From assembly GCF_009914755.1 (NCBI RefSeq), contig NC_060939.1: 64,000 nucleotides of DNA; one strand, given 5' to 3'. Positions 12,310 through 23,750 of the stretch are shown here, one piece after another (the first letter of the stretch is position 1; each line of letters opens with the position of its first letter). Position numbers and translations under genes: made by a program. Under the pieces are notes generated by a model. It was given only the letters and a program-made list of their open reading frames with translations, had not been told where the DNA came from and ran no database searches. This DNA comes from the human T2T-CHM13v2.0 reference genome, Homo sapiens.

Positions 12310-12847
12310 CAGGAGAAAGGCAGGGGAAGGGGAATAGGAGGGGAGGGGAGGGGACAGGAGAGGAGAGGGGAAGGGAGTGAGAGGGAAGGGAGAAGGGAAG
12401 GGGGAAGGAAAAGGAAAGGGGAAGGGGGAAAAAGAAGGGAAGAAGAAGCGGGGAAGGGAAGGGAAATGAAGGAAGGGAAGGGAAATGAAGGAAGGGAAGG
12501 GAAATGAAGGAAGGGAAGGGAAATGAAGGAAGGGAAGGGAAATGAAGGAAGGGAAGGGAAATGAAGGAAGGGAAGGGAAATGAAGGAAGGGAAGGGAAAT
12601 GAAGGAAGGGAAGGGAAATGAAGGAAGGGAAGGGAAATGAAGGAAGGGAAGGGAAATGAAGGAAGGGAAGGGGAAGAGAAGGGGAGGGGAGGAGAAAGGA
12701 GGGGAGGGGAGGGAAAGGGAGGGGAGGGGAGGAGAAGGTGAGAGGAGGAGAGGGAAAGGGGAGGAGAGGGAAAGGGGAGGAGAGGGAAAGGGAAAGGGGA
12801 AGTGGAAGAGGAAGGGGAAAGGGAAGGGGAAGGGGAAGGGGTTTGGG
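12310..12847 (+). repeat. Polypurine (GA-rich) tract containing a perfect 19-bp VNTR
   Basis: GGGAAATGAAGGAAGGGAA x 11 at 12461-12669, inside a ~530-bp almost pyrimidine-free strand. Confidence 0.95.
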
Positions 12848-13099
12848 AAATCCTGACCACACAGTCAGAATGGCTTCTCACCAGCTTCTCCCACCAAGGA
12901 TGTGGCCCTTTAGGCTCATGACTTCCTGGACCTCAGTTTCTCAATCTGTAGCACAGGAATCCTGAAGTAAGGGGATAATGACTGCTCATAGTGGCATTAG
13001 GAGACCAAAACCAGAGGTGATGGGACCACATACAGCATTGCTGCTGAGGAGGGGAGGCTGCTGTGGGTGACCGGGCTGGGGTTTCCTCCACCCCAGCTC

Positions 13100-13436
13100 T
13101 GCTGGCTCCGTGTGGTTTCTAGTATGAGCCAGGCATATCCCAGCTCAGGGCCTTTGCACTGGCTGTTTCCTCTGCCTGGAAATCTTGTCTTCCAGATAGG
13201 TGCATTTTTTTACTTCCTCAGATCTTTGCTTGGATGTTTTTTCCTCAACAAGTGCTTCCCTGGGCACACTATTTAGTATATTGTGTGCACGTGTGCGCGC
13301 ACACGTGCACACACACACACACACACACACACACTCCTTATTCCCCCCCACTTTGTTTTCCTGTGTAGCATTGATCACCACTGCATATACTAATTACTTG
13401 TTTGATAGTTTGTTGTCTGTCAGTCTGTCTCCCTCT
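13100..13436 (+). mobile_element. L2 3' fragment (left part), containing a palindrome and (CA)n
   Basis: cagggcctttgcactggctgtttcctctgcctggaa L2 motif; element continues at 13962-14070. Confidence 0.7.
13282..13334. repeat. 32-bp perfect palindrome plus (CA)n; 53-bp alternating purine-pyrimidine tract
   Basis: TGTGTGCACGTGTGCG|CGCACACGTGCACACA (13282-13313) equals its own reverse complement. Confidence 0.95.
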
Positions 13437-13961
13437 ATGACAATATTCTCCTTATCTCTTGCCAGGTAACATACTTCCTAGAAATTTAGCAGCTTAAAAC
13501 AGCCAGCATTTTATTGTTTCTCACAGTGCTGTGAGTGAGGAATCCAGGCACATCCCAGCTAGTGGCTTTTCTGTTCCACATGCTGTTAGTGGAGGTTGCT
13601 CTGTGGCGTTGGGCCAGTGGCTGGGCTGGGACATTCAGGATGGCCTCACCGGTCTGTCTGATGCTTTGATGAGGACAGCAGGAAGGCTGGGGCTCAGCTG
13701 GACTACAGCACCTACACATGGCCTCTCCAGCACACCTGGAGTCAGACTTTTTCCATGGAGGCCCAGGGCTCCTAGAGCCAGTGTTTTCAGAGGTACAGGC
13801 AGAAGCTACAAGTGACCTAGCTTCAGAACATCACTTCTTCCTCATTCTATTGGTCACAAAAGTCACGAAGACCAGCCTGGATTCAAGGGGAACAGAGTAG
13901 ACCCCACCTCTCAATGGGAGGAATGTCAAAGGATTTGTGGCTATCTTAAAGCTACCATCAC
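13437..13961 (-). mobile_element. MLT1G/H-like MaLR LTR inserted into L2
   Basis: ccacctctcaatgggaggaatgtcaaaggatttgtggc ... ctaccatcaca end; L2 sequence on both sides. Confidence 0.75.
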
Positions 13962-14070
13962 ACGCTTCACCAGGGCGGGGTCTTTGGAGTGTTTTATGCA
14001 CTGCTAGTTTCCAAGCACCTAGCACAGAGTAGGTGCTCAATAAACATATATTGACTGAGTGAATGAATGA
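13962..14070 (+). mobile_element. L2 3' terminus
   Basis: cctagcacagagtaggtgctcaataaacatatattgactgagtgaatgaatga. Confidence 0.85.
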
Positions 14071-15849
14071 AAAAATGTAATTTTTACAGTCCATGCCAAG
14101 CCCACCTCTCCCTGGAAGTCCTCTACACCTACCCCAGGCCATGGGTCCTTTCCCAGCCTAGCCTCCACCCCTCACCTGCCCTGCCGTCCCTCTGGGCCTT
14201 GGGCTCTTTCCCCCTTTATAGATGACCCTACAAACAAAGCATTGAGTTCCCTGGGGGCAGGTGTGTGTTCTGCACCGTGCAGATAGGCTTCAACAGGAGT
14301 TCCTAACTGTATGCATGGCATAGGTGCATTTTATATGTATAATGGTTCACAAATCACAACCACCCATCAGGTAACCATCGCTATCCCATTTACAGAAGAG
14401 AAAACTGGGGCCCAGAGAAGTTGAATCATTTGCCTCAGGTCACCCAGCCAGCCCGAGTCTAGCTCAGTGTCTCCGCAGCAGCAGGTGCTCAGTGGCTCTG
14501 TGGACTGACTGTTCCATCCCTACGCTGTGCATATGAACATGAGGTGCCCAAGACTTCCCCTTGAGGTTCCAGAGCCCACTAAAGCAGGGCTTTGGGGCCT
14601 CACTTTACCTTTCTCTTCCCTGGAGACCACTGAAATGCACTGGCGAGAGAGATGGGTTTAATATTCATGAACCAGCCAGGCATGAGTGATTAGCTGACTC
14701 CTGTTGGAGGAAGAGGAATAATTGAATACGGTATTTACATAATAAGTTAATGCTGCCACCCGCCTGTGGGGCTCCTTTGTGGGTCTGTCCTCCACCTCCC
14801 TACTTGCCCACATTGTGTTTCTCCTCACCTGCCTTGGATGGCCTAGGAGGAAGTGCAGTGGCTTTGCACCCCTCTGCAATTTGGGCTGCCGTCTAAATGA
14901 TAACATTATTTAGGGAACAGAACTCCAGTGCCTGGGAGAGCCTGTAATGGGCTGGTCGGTGGCCTGCCCGGGGGGCTGGACCCCTAAACAAAACCCTTCT
15001 GCAGACTCTGAGAAATGACAAGGGGAAGCTGAGAAGCTGAGACTGGGTTTTTGACATGGGCCTTCTTGCCCCAAACCTTCAGGAGACCTTGAGCACATTC
15101 CATCCCATTTTTTGGCTTCTCTCCTTTTCTGCAACACGCAGGGCCCCAGCCCGACCCTCTGTGGTCTAGGACTGCATTCCAGCTGCCTGGTTGAAGGCAG
15201 CAGGCAAGGGGAGAAGCAGGAGTGTGGGGCCATTCAAAAGAGAACTGCTCTTTTGTGGCTGCAAAGGGGAGGTAAGGCAGTTTCCATGCCTTCCTCAAGA
15301 GCTGCCTTTGGGGTTACCCCTGGTCAGTGCTCACTTGGGGTCCTGGAATCAAAGGTTCTTAGCTCATAATCACCTCATTCATGGCTGGCTGGGAGGTGTG
15401 CTGTGTGCATGTCTGACCCTGGGCGTGAGGAACACCAGCCAAGTCCTTCTGGCTGCAGTTAAAAGGGCTCACCGGCCTCTCCCTGAAGGTGAAGTGCAAA
15501 GATGGGCTGGGGATTTTTAAGGGGAGTGGGAAGTATTAATCGTTGGGGTGCTAGCTCCACTGTAAATACACTAAAGCCAGCATTTTTTTATGTCTCTGGA
15601 ATGGTGGATGGTGTCCGGCAAGGGCCAGAATAGCCTGGTTCTTCTTGCCCAGATGTAGAAGTGCAGACCCTGGAGAGCTGTACGTTTTATCATTTGCATG
15701 ACTTCTCCGCAGAATGGGCAGGATGACAGAGCTCCCCTCACAGGGCTTGTGTGAGGATTGAGTTGCTGTATGTTACGGCTCACAACAGAACTAACTCCCC
15801 GAGCAGAAACCTGGGATTTCTTCCGAAAAGACTGTGGGGCACTATATCA

Positions 15850-16050
15850 ACACTTGAGTTCTAGCCTTTTTGATGACTAACCTCCTGAGAAAGCTTGGGT
15901 ACCTCTCATGACTATGAGCTTTAGTTTTCTCACCTGTAAAATGGGGGCAATGAGCCCGATCTCTCAAGCTTGCTGGGAGGATTAAATGACAGTCACCCTG
16001 GTAGAAGATGCCCAGCCTTGGTGCCTGGCACACAGTAGGTGCTCAGTGAG
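15850..16050 (+). mobile_element. MIR
   Basis: ttagttttctcacctgtaaaatgggg...gtgcctggcacacagtaggtgctcagt. Confidence 0.8.
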
Positions 16051-16767
16051 AGCATGCACAGATGCAGTATTAGGTCTGTGATGGCCTGTCTGGGGGAGGC
16101 GGGCACAGATCCTGGAGAGGGAAGATGTAGGAGCTCAAGACAGCTGGCTTCAGGTGGCTAAAGAGCCCTGAGGGCCAGAGGCTGCACTTCTATGCATTTC
16201 AGAATGAGAGACCGGGGAGCATTGATAAGTGTTGCAACTAGAAGTATTTTAATCCAAAGTAAAGAGGAGCCCAAGCTGCCTGACGGTCAGGCAGCATCAG
16301 TGGGGTGGGTGCCCTATCACAGGATGTGTCCAAGCTTAGATTGGTTGGGAGGTCATGGAGGGGCTCCAAGTAATGGAGAGGAAGGAGGTTCCTGGGCTGG
16401 TTACTAAGGTTCCTTCTGTGATGTATGATCATGAGGTCAGCAGTGGTGACACTGTCTTGATTTTTTTGTCACTCTCAGTAGCCATGTGGCAGCCCGTGCT
16501 CCCTGCTGCTTGTCCCCATCCCCTCCCATGCACCTGCCTCACTGCCCGTGGCCAGCAGCATCCTTCCAACACTCTCTAGAACATGTCTCTTCTCTCTACT
16601 GGAGGCAGCCTCTGCCCACAGGGAGTGGGGGACCCAGACCCCTGCACTTGGCAAAGGGGGCCCTCCATGCACGGACTCTGACCATCTCTCCAGCTACTTG
16701 TCCTGCTGCTAGACAAAGAATCAATACTTAAGCCCACGTTTCTGGACACTGACACCCTTTCTGTTTC

Positions 16768-17338
16768 TGTTTCCACTGAATCATGACATATTCCAAAGCA
16801 TTCCAGTGTGGTCCCCACTCTAGTGCCACTCAGAGGTGCTCTCATCCCTCACCCTTCATGGGACGTGTGTCTGAGTGGGGTTGGGGGACGTCCGCTTTCT
16901 TCATCTCTTGCTTTCCAAGGGCAGGACCTCTGGGGAATGCCCCTCATGCCCACAGTGCCCCCCAGTGTCAGGGACTCAGGAACAGCTAAGGTCCTACGAG
17001 GCAGGGTTCTTGGGAAGGCCTTAGTTCCCTCAGTGAAGGGTTCTCCTCACAGTAAAGGCAGGAGCTTGGGTGCTGGGGTCCCTAGCCTTGTCCTGTCCCC
17101 TCTCCTCACTCGGGCCCAGAACTCAGCAGTACCCAGGCTGGAGGCAGCAAGCCCAGGGAAGGCCATGGCCTTCAGGTGCCCCACTCTGCTGCCACAGGAC
17201 ACTCGGTCACATCAGGGGCTGTGCTAGACATGGTGCACCATCCCCTCCAACCCATACAGCCCTGCAGGGCGGCCTGTCAGCCTCATCTGACAGACAGAGA
17301 GACGGAGACTGAGGCTCAGAAAGGCCACGTGATTGTCC
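16768..17338 (-). repeat. Inverted duplication, copy 2 (~570 bp)
   Basis: Reverse complement of 2188-2758, ~93% identical; weaker homology also at 16726-16753 vs 2761-2788 (23/28). Confidence 0.97.
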
Positions 17339-17371
17339 TCAGCCAGGGTCTTGAGGGCCAATGTCGAGGAA

Positions 17372-17600
17372 CAGAGCTAGTTCAGGTGAGGTGAATGAAG
17401 CACTTGCCCCAGGGCACAACATTTAAGGGGGTGCAATCAAAACTTGGCAATCAAGATAAGTATTATTTCAATGCAGTATATGTAAAAATTGAAAGTAATG
17501 CAATAGACATTTTGCATTAAATTTTACCTTTTAAAATATTGCTTGGAGATATTATTCATCGTAATTAGTGAGTTTTTGGTTTTCCCGAGAATTGCCCCGA
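17372..17600 (+). mobile_element. Probable hAT-Tip100 MITE (MER96-like)
   Basis: ggtgaggtgaatgaagcacttgccccagggcacaacatttaagggggtgc...aatcaagataagtattatttcaatgcag resembles the MER96 5' end as I recall it. Confidence 0.45.
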
Positions 17601-18429
17601 TATCCAGTGAAATCGCTCATTTGCTTTCCCTTAGTCTTGGCCCGGGAGCCTGTGTCCTCCAGGTAGCTGTGCTGTGGGGAGCTGGAGAGGACTGAAGAGC
17701 TGAGGAGGGTACTTTGGCCTCTGGCTTTGTGGGATGTGGGGTGTGGGGGGAGGGAGGGAGGAGGAACCCAGGCTGGAGCTGTGCAGGGGGGACTGGCTCC
17801 AAATGTCTGAGAGACCCCTCTGACCTGGGATGCTGGAGGGGTCAGGGGAGCAAGCTGGCTTTTGAGAGGCTGGGCTGTGAGGCAGAGGCAAAAGGGACCT
17901 GTGGGAGCCTCTTTGTCCCCCAGTCCCTGGAGCTCAGCAGACAGGAAGGACGCCAGAGCCCAGCCTGAGATTGGGGAGCAGTGGGTGGCTGAGATTTCTG
18001 TAGGGCTTTTGGGGACCTCACCTCACGCCTGCTCTGCTCCCTGCTGGTGTGGGAGGACCCTAGACCCTGACAAGGTGCAGGTCAGGTTGGGGTGGACGGT
18101 GTGTGCAGGAAGCGCAGAGGCCCTCCTGTCAGCTCTGGGCCAGGGCTGCAGTAGGCCTTCCCAGCTCCTGCGTCATCTCAGGGCATTCTCCCACAACTTA
18201 GGAGGAAGGGGCTCTGTGTCATCCTTCTCGCCTTGCGCGGATGAGGAAACTGAGGCTTGGAGAAGAGCAGATGCCCAGACAGTAGGACAGGGCTGGGGCC
18301 CTGCCCATGGCTTTCCTCTCTCTCAGCCCCCTTCCTGTCACTCTCTCAGGCTGCCAGGGAATTACAACACCCTCTCTGCTCCTGCCTGTCCAACTCCAAA
18401 CTGTCACTTCCACCTTTCCCTCTTCTCCA

Positions 18430-18600
18430 AACTTTCCCAAAGTGAATATCATTATTAATATTATTTGCCTAATTAACACGTTGGCTGAATGACAGAAAAC
18501 ATGCAAACAGGTTTTGCCAAGGAAACTCTGTCTGATTAAAACTGCAGCCTGTCTAATTAGATGGAGATTTCTTCATTAGTTTCCCCATTTTAGATGCACC
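18430..18600. promoter_or_regulatory. Candidate enhancer-like homeobox-rich island
   Basis: AT-rich island in GC-rich surroundings with CTAATTAA, TGATTAA, CTAATTAG and TATTTGC motifs. Confidence 0.3.
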
Positions 18601-19483
18601 TCCTCCCTCCCCCAGCTCCCTTCCCTGCACTTTCACCTCCCAGCTCCCACCCCTAACCCTGGAGGCCTTCTCCCCTCACAATTCTGCTGCCCCAACCCTC
18701 CCACTGCCTGCACCCCTCTTCCCTAGGAGGCAGCTGATGAAAGGGCTGACCTGCTTTGGTCTGAAGCTGGCCAGATGACAAGAGGACACTGCCCTGGGGG
18801 ACAGGTGCTGGCCCACCTTGTAGGACTGAGAACCTCCTGGGATCAAGGTCACACCTGAAGTCTATTTAGAGTGGGAGTGTGCTGGCTGCTGAAAGTGTCT
18901 TCGTTAAAAATCCCCATTGACAAAACAAAGCAAAACAACATTTCCAAGTCCTCTCAATCAGATGCCATTGAAAGCAAAATGCACACTTAATAACAAAAGT
19001 AGAGTTAGGGAACATTGGTTGTGTACCTACTATGTGTCAGAACTTGCAAGCGTTTTCTTATCTCCATAGCAACCCTTCGAATGAAGTTATCACCATTTTG
19101 CAAATGAGAAAATTGAGGCTTAAAGGAAGTTGGCAAGGAGTAGAGCGTAGACTCAGATCTAGCCCATTCCAGCTCCCATACACTGGTTTCTCCCTCTCAG
19201 AGGCTCCTTTGTGGTGCCTAGAAGCCCCCACCCTTCTTCCTCCTTTTCCCTTCTCTTCCTTTCTCCTAGCCACAGTGCTCCAGGAAGCAGGAGGTGCTGC
19301 AAGCTGGGTGTGGCTGGGCAAGGCCAGGGCAGTCTAGCGAGGTCCCAAGTTAAAGTTCATTGGAGCTTCAGGAGTGGTTCCTTTAAGGGCCTCAGGAATG
19401 TGTTCTGGCATGAGAGGGGTGAGGGTGGAGGAGGAGGCACTAGGCACATTATGACACCTGAGGTCAAGCACAAATAGGGATAA

Positions 19484-19960
<477 letters not shown>

Positions 19961-20244
19961 CACTCCACCAGTATTTACACTGTGCCAGGCACAGGGTCCG
20001 TGGTGAGCAGGGCAGGAGCACTCACTCCTTGTGGAGCTGGCCGGCTCAGTTGCAGAGCTTGGCTTCAGCTCCCTGCCCCCATGGCTGGGCCTTTCAACAC
20101 TCTCAGGGGTGTCCATCACCCAGTTGCCCCACATCCATCCCTCAGGACATTCTGCCCAGTCTCTTGAGACCTAGGACTGCTGTTACTGCCTGCCAGGACC
20201 TGCCAACTCCACCTCAATTCAATGATTCAAGAACCATTGAACTT

Positions 20245-20464
20245 GGGGAGGGTGGGGGGTGGGGAGGATGAAGAAAAGTGAGCTAAAGGGTACAAACATA
20301 CATTAAGGTAGAAGGAATAAATACAATGTTTGATAGCAGAGTAGGATGACTCTACTTAATGTATGTACCTGGGTGATGGGCACTCTATACACCCTGACTT
20401 GATCGCTATGCATTATATACATGTAAAAACTTTCTCATGTAGCCCAGACATTTACACACACACA
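20245..20464 (+). mobile_element. 5'-truncated L1 (L1PB/L1MA-like) 3' UTR
   Basis: gggtacaaacatacatt...tagaaggaataaa...atgtttgatagcagagtagg 3'UTR; TSD caagaa(cca/tcg)ttgaactt at 20228-20244 and 20465-20481. Confidence 0.8.
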
Positions 20465-20859
20465 CAAGAATCGTTGAACTTAGGGCAGAAGAGACGGTGT
20501 GGGTGGGATGAGCTTCTCCTTCCCTCTCTACTCTTCCCACACTCCATCAACCTGCAAATGATGGAGCAGAACAATTCGCCATCGAGGAAGCTCTGGCAGG
20601 CTGCTCCCTGGGCACATCTAGTAAGACAGCAGGTGGCCAGGTGGGGCTGGGCGAGGAATGTGGGCACAGCTGGTTCATTAATAGAGGAGACTGACTTGTC
20701 AATTCTATGGCCCAGGTCATTGTGAAGCATCTTGGGTTGGAGCTTTGTGTCTGAGGATGGTGGGGCAGAAGACCTCAGCCCTTGCCCTCAAGGAACTTCT
20801 AGTCTAAGTGGAAAAGCAAGCTTATTTCCTTTGACTTCCTCAACCCTCCTGTGAAAAGA

Positions 20860-21050
20860 GCCCTGGCCTTGGGTTTTAATCCCACCTCTGCCATTTGTTA
20901 GTTCTGTGACCTTGGGTGCATGCCTTAATCTTTCTGAACCTCTGTGTCTTCATCAGCGAAATGCAGAAATGATAATGCCTCACAAGCTGGTTGTACAGAT
21001 TGAATAACAATGTGAACAGAGCACCGAGTATAATCCCTGGTAAGTAGAAA
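20860..21050 (+). mobile_element. MIR
   Basis: ctgtgaccttgggtgcatgccttaatctttctgaacctctgtgtcttcatc. Confidence 0.75.
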
Positions 21051-21429
21051 AACTCCATCCCAATATTCAAAGTTCACAGGCACAGTAGTGGCGTTCCGAG
21101 CTCAGGGTTACATCTTCATCCCTGTGGGTGGGAGGACACTGACTTTGACCTGCCACGGCTAAAGGTCCTTCCCGGAACCCCCAGCTTCCTTCCAGCTCTA
21201 ACATGTTCCATGTTCCGGTTCTCCCACTGATGGGCCTTTGCCTTTAGGTGCTCCAAATGTCCGAGTCCTCCTATGGGCCCGGCAATGTCTGGTGGCTTCC
21301 CAAAGCCTCACTGTGCTCTTCCGACAAATGGGCACAGGCCCAGAACTTCCAGAGGTAATTTGAGGCCCGTTGGCCATTTTTACCAGGGAGCCCAAGAAGC
21401 GAAGGGAGCATGATCAGAGATGGGGAGAC

Positions 21430-21780
21430 AGGCCTCATTAGATAGCTCCAGTGCTGCGGGCTCTGTCGCCATGGCAGCCAGCGCTCGCGCAGGCCAGGTG
21501 GTTTTTATTACCGAACTTGGAAAACTTTACGGCGGCACCAACAATGAATCTTTATTCTGTTTTTAATAGCGTGTCTCTTATTAACATGTATCTTTTCCCC
21601 TTCTTAATAACCTTTACGTTTCCAAGCCACATTTATAATTAAGTCATTAATCCCTTACTGGAATTTCTTGTTTTTCAGAAACAGCAAACCAGAGGTCCCG
21701 TCTGGCTGGCATGAATGGAAGGGCAAACGCTCCGACCAAATTGCTCTGGGAATGTCATTCTAATTATTGGATCCTGACCC
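21430..21780. promoter_or_regulatory. Strong candidate developmental enhancer
   Basis: RFX X-box-like GTCGCCATGGCAGC 21465-21478, SOX AACAAT 21540-21545, TTTATTA/TTTACG posterior-HOX/CDX cores, TAATTA 21636-21641, about a dozen CpGs, repeat-free. Confidence 0.5.
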
Positions 21781-22100
21781 AGCAGCATGCTGATAAGCTC
21801 TGGGTTGGAGACGCCCTATCTCAGAGGAGCTCCAAACCTGCTCAAGGCCTTTTCTTGCCCTCTGCAACTTTCCTGCCAAGCAATTAGCCTCCAGGGGTAT
21901 CTGAGAGCGGGAGACTGGGAGGAGCGGGGTCCCTCGGGGTTGAAGTGGGGAGGGCTAACGGGCTGGGGATGCCCCCTGTTGTGTTTCCAGGGAAAGCCTG
22001 TCCAGATTGCCGTTGCCTTCTTTACCTTCAGTGTCAGAGTTGGGGTCCAGCCTGTATTGTGGGGAGTAGGAAAAGCTTTTCTTGTTGAGCCCTGGGCTTC

Positions 22101-22498
22101 TGTTAGGGGTTGAATTATGTCCCTCCCCACACTCCACATTCATATGTTGAAGCCCTAACCCCTAGTTCCTCAGAATGTAACTGTATTTGGAGATACAGTC
22201 TTTAAAGAGGTCATTACATTAAAATGAGGTCACTGGGGTGGGTCCTTATCCAGTAAAACTGGTGTCCTTAGAAGAAGAGGAAATTGGAACACGGACACGC
22301 ACAGAGGAAAGACCAAGTGAAGATACAGTGAGAAGATGGCCAACGACAAGCCGAGGAACAGGGTCTCAGAGGACCCCAACCCTGCTGACACCTTGATCTC
22401 GGGCTTTCAGCTTCCAGCACTGTGGCAAAATTCATTTCTACTGTTTAGGCCTCCCGGTCTGTGACATGTTGTCACGGTGGCCACTGAAGACTCAGACA
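22101..22498 (+). mobile_element. MLT1B-like MaLR solo LTR
   Basis: TG...CA ends, tgttaggggttgaattatgtccc start; TSD GCTTC at 22096-22100 and 22499-22503. Confidence 0.92.
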
Positions 22499-23204
22499 GC
22501 TTCCTTCTAGCTCTGGTTCTTCTACGGGTGTGCTTTCAGGTGCTCCGGAGGGCCCGGTGGCAGGGAAAGCCAGGTCTCCAGGCTCCTGGCCCAGGGCGTG
22601 TTTAGGAGGCAGGGCCTTCTCTGACACAAGTATGAGGAGCAGAGAGGTTTCTCTTCTTCAGTCTCCACTAGGTCCTGGCCTCCATGGCTTCTATAGGCAG
22701 GGACCTGGCCAGGGCATTCACCAGAGACTTTGACAGGGAGTCCAGGCCCAGACCCCATAGGCAGAGCCAGGAGCCCTGTGCCAGCTTCCCAGGGAGCACC
22801 GGGGCCCAACGTAGAGTCAAGAGCTGGCATCAGCACAGGTGCAAGGTGGGGTTGGGAAGGGCATGGCAGCTTGGGGGTCTGCAGTGCACAGGTGGCCTGG
22901 CATGAGGTAGGTGGGCCGGCTTGAAGGTCTAGAAGATGGATAGACACCAGAGACTTGTAGTCTATGTCTCCTTCTTGCTGTCCCCTGGATGTCACCTCCC
23001 CTCTGCCCCCAGTGCTGAACTAACCCCCTTCATCTTTTACTTGGGACTCCATCAGTGACTCATCATTGCTTTTGGTGTGACTTACCAGCGGCCGCTCCGT
23101 CTGCCTCTTCCTTCCCCTCCAGGGTCATTTTGAACACTCTTCCTTCCTGACAACTAAACTTTTCACTGTTTCCCATCATAACATGTTATTTTATACTTCA
23201 TTTA

Positions 23205-23307
23205 ACTATCCACCCACCTATCCATTTATCCACCCACCTACCCACCTATCCATCCACGCACCCACTCATCCATCCATCCATCCATCCATCCATCCATCCA
23301 TCCATCC
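23205..23307. repeat. (CCAT)n/(CCAC)n tetranucleotide repeat at an L2 tail
   Basis: Direct reading. Confidence 0.9.
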
Positions 23308-23750
23308 AGCAAATATTTGCCTAGTGTCTGCCTTGGGCACCCATGCTGGACCCTGGTGCCACAGTGCAGAGCCCACGCCCAGCCCCTCCCCCCATGAAGC
23401 TCACAGTCTAGCTAGGGAGCTAGACATCAGCCCATCAGATGACTTACATCTAAAATTATAAACTAAGACATGCAGTGAAGGGAAAAATCAGGGAGTGCTG
23501 AGCACAGAAAACCATGGGACCGATGGGGTTGGGGGTTGAGATGAGCTCCATGTGGAGGAGGGGACATTGTGTGGGCTGAGACCTGAACCGTGAGTCAAGT
23601 GAATCAGGAGGAGGGGAAGGAAGGGTGTTCTTGGCAGAAGGGACCACACGTGTGAAGTCCCTGAGGTGGCTGGGAGCTGGAAGAAAGCCGAGTGACTGCA
23701 GCACAGAGTGAGAGGGTGGCGGTGGTGTTGGGCTGGGAGGTCCTGGGGGG
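23308..23750 (-). mobile_element. L2 fragment
   Basis: gcaaatatttgcctagtgtctgcc...catgaagctcacagtctag...ggcagaagggaccac antisense L2 motifs. Confidence 0.7.

Noticed and set aside
12461-12669. Regular repeat array as a possible CRISPR
   Set aside because: Head-to-tail identical units with no unique spacers, eukaryotic context, no cas genes.
12158-12881. 234-aa and 190-aa Pro/Phe/Ser-rich ORFs
   Set aside because: Translations of the polypyrimidine strand of the VNTR, which lacks stop codons by composition.
17731-17758. G-quadruplex-type motif
   Set aside because: Common motif class with no promoter or other functional context visible.
17862-18458. 198-aa ORF (also the 190-aa ORF at 32372-32944)
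   Set aside because: Non-ATG starts, GC-rich low-stop-density DNA, no recognisable domain or exon structure.
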